A stretch of DNA of 64,000 nucleotides, taken from the NCBI GenBank assembly GCA_963697275.1, contig CAVONF010000005.1, forward strand, positions 363,741-427,740, in the 5' to 3' direction. Origin of the DNA: an uncultured Chloroflexia bacterium (GTDB lineage: Bacteria; Chloroflexota; Limnocylindria; Limnocylindrales; CSP1-4). Positions 10,078-19,995 of this stretch are shown here, in pieces (position 1 is the first letter of the stretch; each line of letters opens with the position of its first letter). Below the pieces are notes generated by a model. The model saw nothing but the letters and a program-made list of their open reading frames with translations. It was not told where the DNA came from and did no database searches. A program made the translations under genes and the position numbers.

Positions 10078-11538
10078 CTACTCGTCGATGCGCACGAGGA
10101 CCGGCACCGGGTCGGCTCGACCGACGCTGAGCTGCGAGCTCGCCGCCACCCTCTCGGGAGCCTCGACACTGGCGCGACGGCCGCGCGGGATGGCGAAGGC
10201 CGCCACGGCACCTACGGCCACGAAGGCGGCACCGATGGTCACGGCCGGCACCATGCCATCGACGAAGGCCTGCGGACTGGCGAACGAACCGCTGCGCGCG
10301 AAGACCGCTGCCAGCACGGCGACCCCGAAGACACCGCCCAGCTCGCGGATGGCGTTGCCTGCTCCGGAGGCCTGGCCTTCCTCCTCGGGCCGCACCGAGC
10401 TCAGGAGCACATTCGCGACCGGGGCGAAGAACAGGCCCATGCCGATGCCGGAGATGATGAATGGCAGCACCAGCGCGGTGTATTCGACGGTCGTGCTGGA
10501 GACGAGGCCCAGCCAGGCCAGACCGATGGCCTGCAGGGAGAGGCCCGTGCCCATCAACAGCCCACCGCCGATGCGGTCGGAGAGCGCACCCGCGACCGGC
10601 GCCACGAACATCGGCGCCAGCGTCCAGGGCAGGATGGCCGCCCCGGCTTCCAGCGGTGAGTAGGAGCGCACGAACTGCAGGAACTGGGCCAGCAGGAAGA
10701 TGGATCCGAACATCCCGAAGCTCATCAGCATCGAGGACACGTTCGCGAGGCTGAAGGAGCGGTCACGGAAGAACCGCGGCGGCAGCATCGGCGCCGGAGC
10801 TCGCCGCTCCCAGAGCAGGAAGGCCGCCAGCAGCGCAGCGCCGATGGCGAACGCGGTGACGATGGTGGGGCTGGTCCAGCCCTCGCTGTTGCCGTTCACC
10901 AGCGCCCACACCACTCCGAAGAGGCCCGCGCTTGCGAGCGCCACGCCGGGCAGGTCCAGGCGCCCGGCAGGACCATGGCTCTCGCGCAGAGCGAACCAGG
11001 CCAGCGGCACCAGGGCGATGCCGATGGGCACGTTGATCCAGAAGATCCAGTTCCAGGCCACGCCCTCGACGATGGCGCCGCCCACCAGCGGGCCGATGGC
11101 GATGGCCAGGCCACCGACGGCTCCCCAGCCGCCAAGGGCCAGGCCGCGTCGGTCCGCCGGGACCGCGGCCGACAGCAGGGTCAGGGTCAGCGGCGTGACG
11201 ATGGCCGCGCCGATGCCCTGGGCCATGCGGCCGACCAGTAGCATCTCCACGCTGCTGGACATGGCCGCGAAGGCCGAGGCGCCGGTGAAGATGGCCACGC
11301 CGATGACGAACATGCGGCGGCGGCCGAAGCGATCGCCGAGCGCGGCACCGGTGAGCAGGAAGACCGCGAACGTCAGCGTGTAGGCGTTGACGGTCCACTC
11401 CAGCTGCTCGATGGTCGCTCCCAGCTCTTCGCGGATGACATTGAGCGCGGTGGACACCACGAGGTTGTCGAGCATGACCATGATCAGGGCGACCGATGTC
11501 ACCGCGAACGTCCAGATGGCCAACGAGCGTCCTTGCAC
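10078..11538 (-). CDS. MFS transporter, DHA2 (EmrB/QacA) family drug:H+ antiporter, 14 TM
   Basis: GTG start behind RBS GAAGGAGG. 'LDNLVVSTALNVIREELGA...GAALGDRFGRRRMFVIGVAIFTGASAFAA'. Intact 486 aa. Confidence 0.85.
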   Translation of the reverse strand: MQGRSLAIWTFAVTSVALIMVMLDNLVVSTALNVIREELGATIEQLEWTVNAYTLTFAVFLLTGAALGDRFGRRRMFVIGVAIFTGASAFAAMSSSVEMLLVGRMAQGIGAAIVTPLTLTLLSAAVPADRRGLALGGWGAVGGLAIAIGPLVGGAIVEGVAWNWIFWINVPIGIALVPLAWFALRESHGPAGRLDLPGVALASAGLFGVVWALVNGNSEGWTSPTIVTAFAIGAALLAAFLLWERRAPAPMLPPRFFRDRSFSLANVSSMLMSFGMFGSIFLLAQFLQFVRSYSPLEAGAAILPWTLAPMFVAPVAGALSDRIGGGLLMGTGLSLQAIGLAWLGLVSSTTVEYTALVLPFIISGIGMGLFFAPVANVLLSSVRPEEEGQASGAGNAIRELGGVFGVAVLAAVFARSGSFASPQAFVDGMVPAVTIGAAFVAVGAVAAFAIPRGRRASVEAPERVAASSQLSVGRADPVPVLVRIDE

Positions 11539-11630
11539 GTTGATGACCTCCTTCGATCGTCTGTCGATGCGATAAGTGAGTACTAACTAACTAGTGCGGA
11601 CGAGAGCGGGTGGGCAGCACTTCTCGGTGG

Positions 11631-12200
11631 CTAGTCCTCCAGGCTCGTGATGCAGCCCTCGCGCACCATCGCCGCCCAGCCGGTCTCGGCCTCCAGGAGG
11701 CCCATGGCGCCGGCCACGTTGAGGAGCATGCCGCGGCCGAGGTAGGCTGCCAGCTGTGTCGCGTTCGCGTTCGTGTGCCGCACGATCTCCAGGACCAGTC
11801 GACCGAAGCCTTCCTGCACGACGGCCCGGATCTCCGGGTCCTCGGTGGAGGCATAGGCCTGCAGCTGGATGGCCAGGTAGCGGCGATCCCGGATCAGGTC
11901 CATGTAGACATCGCCCATTCGCTTGAACGCATCGTGCCGATCAGACGCGCTGGCACCGGCTTCGCGGAACTGCTCGACCGTGTGATCGAAGGCCCATTCG
12001 ATGGCGGCCATGAAGAGCTGCTTCTTGGTGCCGAAGAGACGGAAGAGGTACGGCTGCGAGACCCCCACGTCCGCGGCGATGAGCTCCGTGGAGGTGCCGT
12101 GCAGACCCGTCGCACCGAAGCGCACGACGGCCGCACGCAGGACCTCTTCGCGACGCTCCTCGGCGGTGTGGCGGACGGCGACTGCAGGGTTCATGCGCAT
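11631..12200 (-). CDS. TetR/AcrR-family transcriptional regulator, probable repressor of the downstream MFS pump
   Basis: HTH 'EEVLRAAVVRFGATGLHGTSTELIAADVGVSQPYLFRLFGTKKQLF'. Confidence 0.85.
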   Translation of the reverse strand: MRMNPAVAVRHTAEERREEVLRAAVVRFGATGLHGTSTELIAADVGVSQPYLFRLFGTKKQLFMAAIEWAFDHTVEQFREAGASASDRHDAFKRMGDVYMDLIRDRRYLAIQLQAYASTEDPEIRAVVQEGFGRLVLEIVRHTNANATQLAAYLGRGMLLNVAGAMGLLEAETGWAAMVREGCITSLED

Positions 12201-12227
12201 CAAGGTTAGTGACTACTCACAACCTTG
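12201..12227. promoter_or_regulatory. Candidate TetR operator: 27-bp dyad abutting the tetR start codon
   Basis: CAAGGTTagtgactactcacAACCTTG seen directly. The 7-bp arms are perfect. Confidence 0.45.
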
Positions 12228-12542
12228 TCAAGTATCGCGGGACCAGCCTGGTGTCGGTGCCGACGATGCCCGGTCCCACAAGGCGGGTACCCTCGTCGCC
12301 CCCTCATCCTGCATGTGAGGTCAGGAGTGACCGTTGACCGGACCGCTGAGGGCGCCAGAGTCGCCCTGGAGGCTCCCGTCGGTCGCTCTGGACGTGTGAG
12401 GTGAGAGGCGGCCGCTGGGAGCCCTGCCATGCCTGCATCCCGATCACTCGGCGGTCGCTACTGACCTCACAGGTGAGGCGCGGCCTTGGGTCCGGCGGGC
12501 TGCATCCGCGCGCCCAACGGCGCCCCTCTTCCCGCCGACCTC

Positions 12543-13465
12543 CTACATCCGCCTGATCGAGCGGCCTCTCGCCCGCGGCCCATAGCGCGGCGGCACGATG
12601 CCCGACAGCTCCAGGATCCGTACCAGCCGGGCGCGCTGGCCCCGGTACGGTTCCAGCAGCTCCAGCATCCGCGCGTCATCGCCGCGCGGCTCGCCGGCCA
12701 GCGCCCAGCCGACCAGGTCCGGGGTGTGGAAGTCGCCGATGCTGACCGCGTCCGGATCGCCGAAGGCGGCGCGTGCCGTCTCGGCCGCCGTCCAGGGCCC
12801 CACTCCCGGGATCGTCTGCAGGCGCGCCAGGGCTGCCCCGGGCGCCAGCCTGACCGCTTCTTCCAGCCAGGCGGATCGCTGCAGCGGCGCGGATGAGCGT
12901 GACGGCGCGGCGCTGCTCGACGCCCAGTGGATGCAGCTCGTAAGTAGGGCAGCGCGGCGATGACCCCCGGCGCCGGGGGCAGATGCAGGCCGCCGGGACC
13001 CGGCGCCGGCTCACCGTACCGCAGGACCAACCCGCGCCAGGAGCGTTGTGCCTCCGGACCCGTCACCTTCTGCTCGATGATGGCCGGCACCAGCGAGCCC
13101 ATGACATCGTCACTGCGGCCGAAACGCAGACCCCGCAGCCGATCCGCCAGCTCGCGCAGCCGGCCGCGAGGCAGGTCCAGGGCGCCCGGCTCGTCCTCGG
13201 CACCAAGCAGGCGCGGCAACGCCGCGACGGCTCGCTCTGCACCGGCACCCCAGGCCACCGCCCGCCAGCCATCTCCGGCTCGCGAGAGAGACACGGTGGC
13301 CGGGCCTTCGGCCGTGCGCCACGCGCGCCAGACCGCGCCCCCTACGAAGCGGATGGTCGGATCCCGAGGGCCGTGCCGCAGTGGCCCCAGCGTCAGCACG
13401 GGGTCCACCTCGAAGCCCAGCTCGATGATGGTGTCGATCGCCGGCGCGGCCTCGGGCTCGCTCAC
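12543..13465 (-). CDS. alkA: DNA-3-methyladenine glycosylase II (AlkA-like, HhH-GPD), 2 frameshifts
   Basis: N-terminal domain 'MSEPEAAPAIDTIIELGFEVDP...SLVPAIIEQKVTGPEAQRSWRGLVLRYGEP'. The HhH-GPD part 'LHPLGVEQRRAVTLIRAA' and the C-terminus '...GDFHTPDLVGWALAGEP...LLEPYRGQRARLV' are in other frames. Confidence 0.6.
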
Positions 13466-13472
13466 CTCGGGC

Positions 13473-14816
13473 CTACACAGCGACGAAGACGAGGTTCTGC
13501 CCCAGCGACCAGAGCGCCAGCACCGTCAGGCTGATCATCAGGGCTGCCAGCGGCCACTGGCTCACTTCCTTCCCGGCGACGCGCTCGCGCCGCACCGCGG
13601 AGTGGCCCAGCCAGGCCCCCACCACATGACCGATGACCACGGCCCCCACCTGGATCGTCCACAGCAGGGACGTGGAGAGCCAGTCATCGCGCGGCTCCCA
13701 ATGCGCCGTGCCCAGCAGGTCCCAGCCCTGCTGCAGCGGATCGGAGAGGGCAACCCCGATGCGCTGCCCCTCCACCAGCAGGTAGCTCAGGTAGTGGGCG
13801 ATGAGGTAGCCGGTGGCGACAGGCACGAGCCCGGCGCCCATCGCTGCGAGGCCGACCCGCCGTCCCACCATCACGACCACCCCGGCCAGCGCGACCAGGA
13901 ACGTCAGCAGCAGGAGCGTGTCGACCACCAGGCCGGTCTCCCCGACCAGGTGGTCGTACGGCTGGGTCTGCGAGATGCCGTCCCAGATCACCGAGCCGAC
14001 CCCGAAGGCGACCACGACCAGCAACGAGGTCGACCAGGCCGACGCTGCAAGGGCGCTCCCGAAGCCGCGCCGCCGCAGCCGTCCCTCGCGGGGCGGCCCC
14101 TCCAGCCCGTACGGCGCGAGGCGTCCCAGCAGCCCGAACCAGACGCTGAAGACCTCGCCGTGCTCACGCCACTGGTCGCGCCCGAACCAGGCCATGGCCG
14201 CGACCGTCACGACGCTGTAGCCGATGAGCACCACGCCGAGCTCGCGCCCGGCCGCCACCCGGGCGGCAAGCTCCAGCCAGACGAAGACGCCCATGACAGC
14301 GGCGGCGGGCCAGGCGCCCAGGCCCGGCCGCCAGCGGGCCCGCTTCGGCCGCTTGACGCCCAGCCGGCGCCCCAGCACGGCACCGATGTCGTGCAACGTG
14401 CTGAACGGATCGAGCCAGCTCCACACCGGGCCGGCGAGGGCGCTGACGATGGCCAGGCCCACCCAGCCGAACACCCACAGGATGAGCGAGGCGACCTCGG
14501 CGTCGCTGCTGCCGCCAGCGATGGTCTGGGCCACGACCCAGGCCCACGCCAGCAGGCCCACGCCGCGGAGTCCCAGCCGTAGCCATCGCGGCAGCGTGCG
14601 GATCCGGCCCGGGGCTGGCTCCGGGACGGTCGTGCCATCGCTGATGGCCACGAAGGCGAAGGAGAGCGCCACGGCCGCGGCTGCGCCGAGGAGATAGGCC
14701 GCGAAGGGCAGGGGAGCGTCCACGTCGCCGTGGATCGCGTGCGCGCTCGCGGATGCGGGCAGGAGCATCGCCAGCATCGCACCAGTCCCCGCCGCGCCGA
14801 TCCTGCCCCGTGTCAT
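13473..14816 (-). CDS. Polytopic membrane protein (10 or more TM) with signal peptide; mature N-terminus HAIHG (possible His-brace metal site); function unknown
   Basis: 'MTRGRIGAAGTGAMLAMLLPASASA|HAIHGDVDAPLP...', then many hydrophobic spans. Intact 447 aa. Confidence 0.55.
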   Translation of the reverse strand: MTRGRIGAAGTGAMLAMLLPASASAHAIHGDVDAPLPFAAYLLGAAAAVALSFAFVAISDGTTVPEPAPGRIRTLPRWLRLGLRGVGLLAWAWVVAQTIAGGSSDAEVASLILWVFGWVGLAIVSALAGPVWSWLDPFSTLHDIGAVLGRRLGVKRPKRARWRPGLGAWPAAAVMGVFVWLELAARVAAGRELGVVLIGYSVVTVAAMAWFGRDQWREHGEVFSVWFGLLGRLAPYGLEGPPREGRLRRRGFGSALAASAWSTSLLVVVAFGVGSVIWDGISQTQPYDHLVGETGLVVDTLLLLTFLVALAGVVVMVGRRVGLAAMGAGLVPVATGYLIAHYLSYLLVEGQRIGVALSDPLQQGWDLLGTAHWEPRDDWLSTSLLWTIQVGAVVIGHVVGAWLGHSAVRRERVAGKEVSQWPLAALMISLTVLALWSLGQNLVFVAV

Positions 14817-14865
14817 CGCTGCCCGCCAGCCTAGCAGCCGATGCCGGCGGGGCTACACTGCACAC

Positions 14866-15189
14866 ATGCCCAGGTACAGGAAGGTCGACGCAGAGCTCAT
14901 GGACAACCCTCCCAAGCGCACGGTGCGCGGGCGGCCCATCAGTCCGGAACAGCGTGCCCTCGTCAACCGCATCAAGCAGATCACCGACGAATCCGTGGTC
15001 TTCGAGGCCGTCCTCCAGGACGGTGACAAGCCGGCTACCGTGCGGGCACAGCTGCTGCGTGCTGCCAAGCTGGCCGGGGTGGAGGTCGCCGTCAAGAGAT
15101 CGCCCGATGGCTTCTACTTCGGCCTGATGACGCCCAAGCGCGCGACGCGTCGCGGTCGTCCCCGCAAGACCGTCGCGGAGAACGCCTAG
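14866..15189 (+). CDS. Small basic hypothetical protein with two RGRP(R) AT-hook-like motifs
   Basis: 'MPRYRKVDAELMDNPPKRTVRGRPIS...TPKRATRRGRPRKTVAENA' with natural-looking composition. Confidence 0.45.
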   Translation: MPRYRKVDAELMDNPPKRTVRGRPISPEQRALVNRIKQITDESVVFEAVLQDGDKPATVRAQLLRAAKLAGVEVAVKRSPDGFYFGLMTPKRATRRGRPRKTVAENA

Positions 15190-15199
15190 CCACACGGCG

Positions 15200-15571
15200 G
15201 TGTCCAGCGGCGCGGTCATCCAGGTCTTCGGCCGCAACGACTCCCAGGCCACGCGACGCTGCCTGCGCTTCTTCAAGGAGCGGCGCATGGCCGTCAGCTT
15301 CGTGGACCTCGCCAGGCGCGCGCCGGCGCCGGCCGAGCTGCGCCGCTTCAGCCAGCGTCATGGCGCTCGCGCGTTGCTCGACGAGCAGGCCAGGGCCTAC
15401 CGCGAAGCTGGCATGGGCTACCTGCGCCTGGACGATGACGAGATCCTGGGGCGGTTGCTGGCGGACCCGCGCCTGCTGCGCCTGCCGCTCGTTCGCAATG
15501 GCAACGATGTCACCGTCGGCGTGGACGAGGAGACCTGGCGCAGCTGGCAGCGCGCCGGCGGAGGTCAGTAG
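15200..15571 (+). CDS. ArsC/Spx/YffB-family (glutaredoxin-fold) protein
   Basis: 'AVIQVFGRNDSQATRRCLRFFKERRMAVSFVDL...' shows a CxxC-type N-terminus. Confidence 0.7.
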   Translation: MSSGAVIQVFGRNDSQATRRCLRFFKERRMAVSFVDLARRAPAPAELRRFSQRHGARALLDEQARAYREAGMGYLRLDDDEILGRLLADPRLLRLPLVRNGNDVTVGVDEETWRSWQRAGGGQ

Positions 15572-17371
15572 GGTCGCAGGCTCCGCCAGTCGAAGGCCTC
15601 GACGCGGTTCGGGCCGGCCTTCATGGTGTCATAGCGGGTCTTGAGGACGCGGATGCGCGTGCCCCCCGGGTCCCGCGTGAAGAGCACCAGGTCGGTCAGG
15701 CCGTCGTAATCGACGTCAGCCGCCCCTAACCTTGTCTTCTCGACGAGGATGGGGGCGCGCCTGGGTGCGGTCCATACCGGGACACGCAGGAACCTGCCCC
15801 TGGGCTGACCCTCCAGCCGCTCGACCCTGGCCACGCCGCCGCTCCGGCTCACCATGCAGCAGGTCCTCCAGTCCGTCGCGGTTCGCGTCCGCGGGGATGG
15901 CCCTGACCTTGGCGGGATCCAGGGTCTGATCGTAGTAGGCGACCCGGAGCGCGGTCATGCGGTCGCTGCCAGGCGGCAACGGGCTCCTCGTGAGCGCCGT
16001 CTTGAACTTGACGCCACCACGTCCCGGATGCTGGCGCACGATGAGGTCCGCTCGGCCATCCCCGCTGACATCACCAGCCCAGGCCGCCGACCACGGTGCC
16101 CAGGTCGGTCGGACCGGACCACCAGCGCACCGGACGGCCGAACCCGTTGCCGACCTTCTTGCGGAGCACGACGAGCTGCGAAGTCCCTTCGGCGTCACCC
16201 CTGGCCAGGACGCCCACGTCGGGCCGGCCATCGGCGTGATAGTCCCCGACCATGAGCGTGGCGCCGCCGAGCGGCACGGTCAGGCTGCCGTCGAACCACA
16301 CCTGCTCGGCGCCGTAGCTCGAGCCGTCGCTGAGCGCGACCGTGATGCGACCGTTCCTGCGGGCCGGTCTGCGTGAGCCACACCAGGTCATCCTTGCCGT
16401 CGCTGTTGACATCGCCGGAGTGGAAGCCGACGAGCCCGTCGCTGGCGATCCTGACGCCGGCCCTTGAGCTGGGATCGGCTGACCCGTTGCTCAGCGACCA
16501 CACGTGGGCGACCCGCTGCCCATCGCCGTCGAGGACCATCGCTGCGGCGTCGCCGTGCCGGGAGCCGACCACGTCGTGGCGGCCCGTGGTCACGATCTCC
16601 AGGTTGGGGCTGAGATACCGGCGCAGGATCTCGCGGTAGGTGAGGCCGTCGCGGCCGCAGGCCTTGGTGCTCTGGTGGTACAGCTTGAAGCCGTTGGCAT
16701 CGGCACCACACGTGGTGGCCGAGCCGGAGCGATAGCCGGTCAGGAAGAAGCGGCTGCGCTGGCTGGCGCGGCTGTACTTGCGGATCGTCACGTCCCAGGT
16801 CGCCGCGATGGCCTTCATGATCTTGCGGCCCGGGCCCCTTGACCTGGCCGACGCCGTACTTCTCCGGGTAGTAGTACTGGTCGACCGTCGAATTCGACGA
16901 CGTCGTAGCAGACGATCTCGCCGCCGGGTCGCGGCTCGCCCTCGACTTCCTGGCCCTCGGGTGGTGGATCCGGGTCGGGCAGCTGCACCGTCTTGCCGCG
17001 CGGCCGGATGACCTGGTACCAGGCGTACTGCCGGGTCGCGATGGCCCCGACCTTGAGCGTCTCGAGTGGGTAGTGCTCCGGCCATTCGACAGCCATCACC
17101 GTGGCCACGTAGTCGCGGAAGTCCACCTCCTGGACCGTGCCCACGACCTCCGGGGGCACCTCGTCGCGCTCGGTGCGCAGGACGCGGATGGTGGGCGGCG
17201 GCACGTACTCGCTGGTCCACGGGGTGCAGGCAGCGCCGGCGGCGCTGAAGGCAGGAGGGGTCGAAGCCTCCGCGGGCCGCCTGGCGGCCTCCGCGGGCGA
17301 CGCGGACAGGGTCACGACGAACAGGCTCGCCATCACGGCTGCGAGCCCGGACGCCGACTGGGGGCGGCGCA
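15565..17371 (-). pseudogene. Secreted SpoIID/LytB-domain protein with FG-GAP/VCBS repeats, 4 or more frameshifts
   Basis: Signal peptide 'MRRPQSASGLAAVMASLFVVTLSASPAEA'. SpoIID motifs 'VDFRDYVATVMAVEWPEHYPLETLKVGAIATRQYAWY' and 'STKACGRDGLTYREILRRYLSPNLEI'. Repeats 'GDVNSDGKDDLV', 'GDYHADGRPDVGV', 'DVSGDGRADLIV' and 'DVDYDGLTDLVLF' are spread over four frames. Confidence 0.6.
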
Positions 17372-17474
17372 TCACGCAGAACGTTAACGTAGCCGCGAGC
17401 CCTTGTCCTCCATCCAGTGGTGCCTGCGCGCACCAGTACGTTCGGTGGTCGGCGCTTTCGGCTACGCTCGCGCG

Positions 17475-18828
17475 ATGCGCATCGCCATCGTCGGCGCCGG
17501 CTACGTCGGCCTCGTCACCGCGGCCTGCCTGGCCCACCTCGGCCACGAGGTCGTCTGCCTCGATGTCGATGCCGCGCGCATCGGACGCCTCCTCCGCGGT
17601 GACCTGCCGGTCCATGAGCCCGGGCTCCAGGAGCTCGTGACCGAGGGCCTGGACGATGGCCGGCTCCGCTTCGCGGCCGAGGTCGGGGCCATCGGCTGAC
17701 AGTGAGCTGGTCATCGTCTGCGTGGGCACGCTGGATGCGGCCGAGGAGTGGGATGGCGATGTCGTCCGCGCCGCCGTCCGTGACATCGCCGCCCGTCCGG
17801 ACCTGCCGCGCGCCATCGTCATCCGCAGCACGCTGCTGCCGGGCACGGCGGTCGACATCGCCGCGGAGGTCCGTGCCCTCGATCCCGCGGTGCGTCTCGC
17901 CCACAACCCCGAGTTCACGCGCGAGGCCAGCGCGGTCGCGGATTTCCTGGCGCCCGACCGCGTCGTCATCGGCGTGGAAGATGTGGATGACGCGGGGAGC
18001 CAGGCCCTGGCCGAGGCTCTGCGCCGCGTCTACGCGCCGCTGCAGACTCCGGTGGTGGTGACCGATCTGACCAGCGCCGAGACCATCAAGGTCGCCTCCA
18101 ACGTCTTCCTGGCCGCCAAGATCACCTTCGCCAACGAGATCAGCCGCCTGGCTGCGGCCACCGGCGCGGATGCTGCGGCCGTCGTCGACGGCATGGGCCT
18201 CGACAAGCGTATCGGGCGCGCCTTCCTGTCACCCGGTCCCGGCTTCGGCGGCTCCTGCTTCCCCAGCCAGGCGCGGGCGCTGCCGCAGCTGGCCGCCAGC
18301 TACGGCGTGCGGACGCCGCTCATGGACGCCATCTGGCCCTCGAACGTGAGTCAGGCGGAGTGGCTCATCGACGGCCTCGAGCGGGCCGCCGGGCGCGCGG
18401 TGGGCGGCATGCGCGTGGCGCTCCTGGGCCTGACCTTCAAGGCCGGCACGGACGACCTGCGCGAATCGCCGGCCCTGCGGCTGGGACAGGCGCTGCTGGC
18501 ACGCGGCGTGACCGTGGTCGCCTTCGATCCGCTGGCCCTGGAGGCCGGGGCGGCGGCGCTGCGCCGGGCCGTCCCTGCAGCTGGGGCCGCGGTGCTCACG
18601 GCGCCCGACGAGGCCAGCGCCTGCGCTGGCTCCGATGCCGTGGTCGTCGCGACCGAGTGGCCGCAGTTCGCACAGCTCGACTGGGCGGCCATCGCACCGA
18701 CGATGAGGGGCCGGGTCATCATCGACGGGCGCCGCATCGTCGATGTGGCTGGCGCCATGGCTGCCGGATCGCGTGTCGTGGCGCTCGGCGTCGAGGCCAG
18801 GGGAGCGGCGCTGCAGCCCGTCGAGTGA
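17475..18828 (+). CDS. ugd: UDP-glucose/GDP-mannose 6-dehydrogenase, single frameshift near 17690
   Basis: 'MRIAIVGAGYVGLVTAACLAHLGHEVVCLDVD', then in the next frame '...GPGFGGSCFPSQARAL...LGLTFKAGTDDLRESPA'. Confidence 0.75.
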
Positions 18829-18949
18829 CGCGGGGCGACGCCTGCGCCCATCATTCGCCGCCACCACCGGCGGTCGCCGCCCACCGGCTATCGCCCTGAG
18901 ATGATCGATGCATCGATCATCGGTGCCCGACACAAGCCCCTGGGGCCCG

Positions 18950-19927
18950 CTACCGCCCCGAACCGCTCGATGCATCGATCGTCCCGTCAGGTGGCCCGCT
19001 GCCGCCATGCGTCACGGCCCATCGCGTGAGGACGACCCAGGCGATGACCAGCCCGATCGTCGCGCCGAGAGCGTCGATGGCCACGTCCTCCACCCGGCCG
19101 CTGCGTTCGGGCACGAACGCCTGGTGGATCTCATCGCTGAGGCCGTAGACGACCGTGATGGCGAGGGCAGCGGCGACATCGCGCAGGCCGGGGCGGCGCC
19201 CCAGCCCGGCCAGCGCAACGAGCAGCAGCCCGGCCAGGAACGCGTAGGAGGCCAGGTGCGCCAGGGCGCGGATGGGTCGGTCGACGTCCACCTCCTCGCT
19301 GACGCGCAGCCCGCTGATCGAGGAAAGCACGAAGATCACGGCCATCCAGGCGATGGCCGGCACCCAGCGCGCCATAGCCGGTAGCCAGCGCGCCATAGCC
19401 GGCACCCTGTGCGCAACGGCGCGCCAACGCCCGCCGGACGCACTCACCGGGGCAGGGCCGATCTCCACGATGCCGTCCCGGATCCGCAGCGGGAAGTAGC
19501 GCAGGCGCCGGACCCGGGTGAGCGCCCGGGCCTGGGCCTTCGAATCGGTCGGCTGTGGCTTGGGAGGGGAGCCCTCTGGTGTCCATGGTGGTCGTGACCC
19601 ACCCTCGGCGTCGAGGCCACCGGTGGTGGGGAAGGTCACCACGTCGCCGTCACGCAGGTCGAAGGACCCACGATGCAACGGGCAGTGGACGATGCAGCCC
19701 TCCAGTCGCCCCGCGCTGAGCGGTGCGGACATGTGGGGGCAGCGATCTTCGGTGGCGGCGATGCCGGCGTCGCTGTGCACGATGATCACGTCGAGGTCGC
19801 CTCGCGTGATGCGCAGCATCGCGCCGGGCGGCAGCTCTGCCAGCGTCACCACGGCCTCGAACGGCGCGCCGGCGGTCCCTGGCGCCTGCAGCGCGGCAGG
19901 GAACGGGAGCACCACGGGAAGCGTCAT
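18950..19927 (-). CDS. Rieske [2Fe-2S] domain fused in frame to a VanZ-like membrane domain
   Basis: 'CPHMSAPLSAGRLEGCIVHCPLHRGSFDL' (CxH...CxxH), then '...VIFVLSSISGL...YGLSDEIHQAFVPERSGRVEDVAIDALGATIGLVIAW' (VanZ). A 21-bp in-frame tandem duplication (AMARWLP/AMARWVP) lies at the junction. Confidence 0.65.
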   Translation of the reverse strand: MTLPVVLPFPAALQAPGTAGAPFEAVVTLAELPPGAMLRITRGDLDVIIVHSDAGIAATEDRCPHMSAPLSAGRLEGCIVHCPLHRGSFDLRDGDVVTFPTTGGLDAEGGSRPPWTPEGSPPKPQPTDSKAQARALTRVRRLRYFPLRIRDGIVEIGPAPVSASGGRWRAVAHRVPAMARWLPAMARWVPAIAWMAVIFVLSSISGLRVSEEVDVDRPIRALAHLASYAFLAGLLLVALAGLGRRPGLRDVAAALAITVVYGLSDEIHQAFVPERSGRVEDVAIDALGATIGLVIAWVVLTRWAVTHGGSGPPDGTIDASSGSGR

Positions 19928-19995
19928 GGCCGCATCCTAGCGGCCGGTGTGACATGCCTGCCCGGCCGGCACCCAGTCCAGAAGAGGTGGCAGAC

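Noticed and set aside
9746-11383. Long plus-strand ORFs (305 aa, 227 aa) overlapping the MFS gene.
   Set aside because: They are antisense to a clear 14-TM MFS transporter and have Arg/Ala/Pro-rich low-complexity translations typical of spurious ORFs in high-GC DNA.
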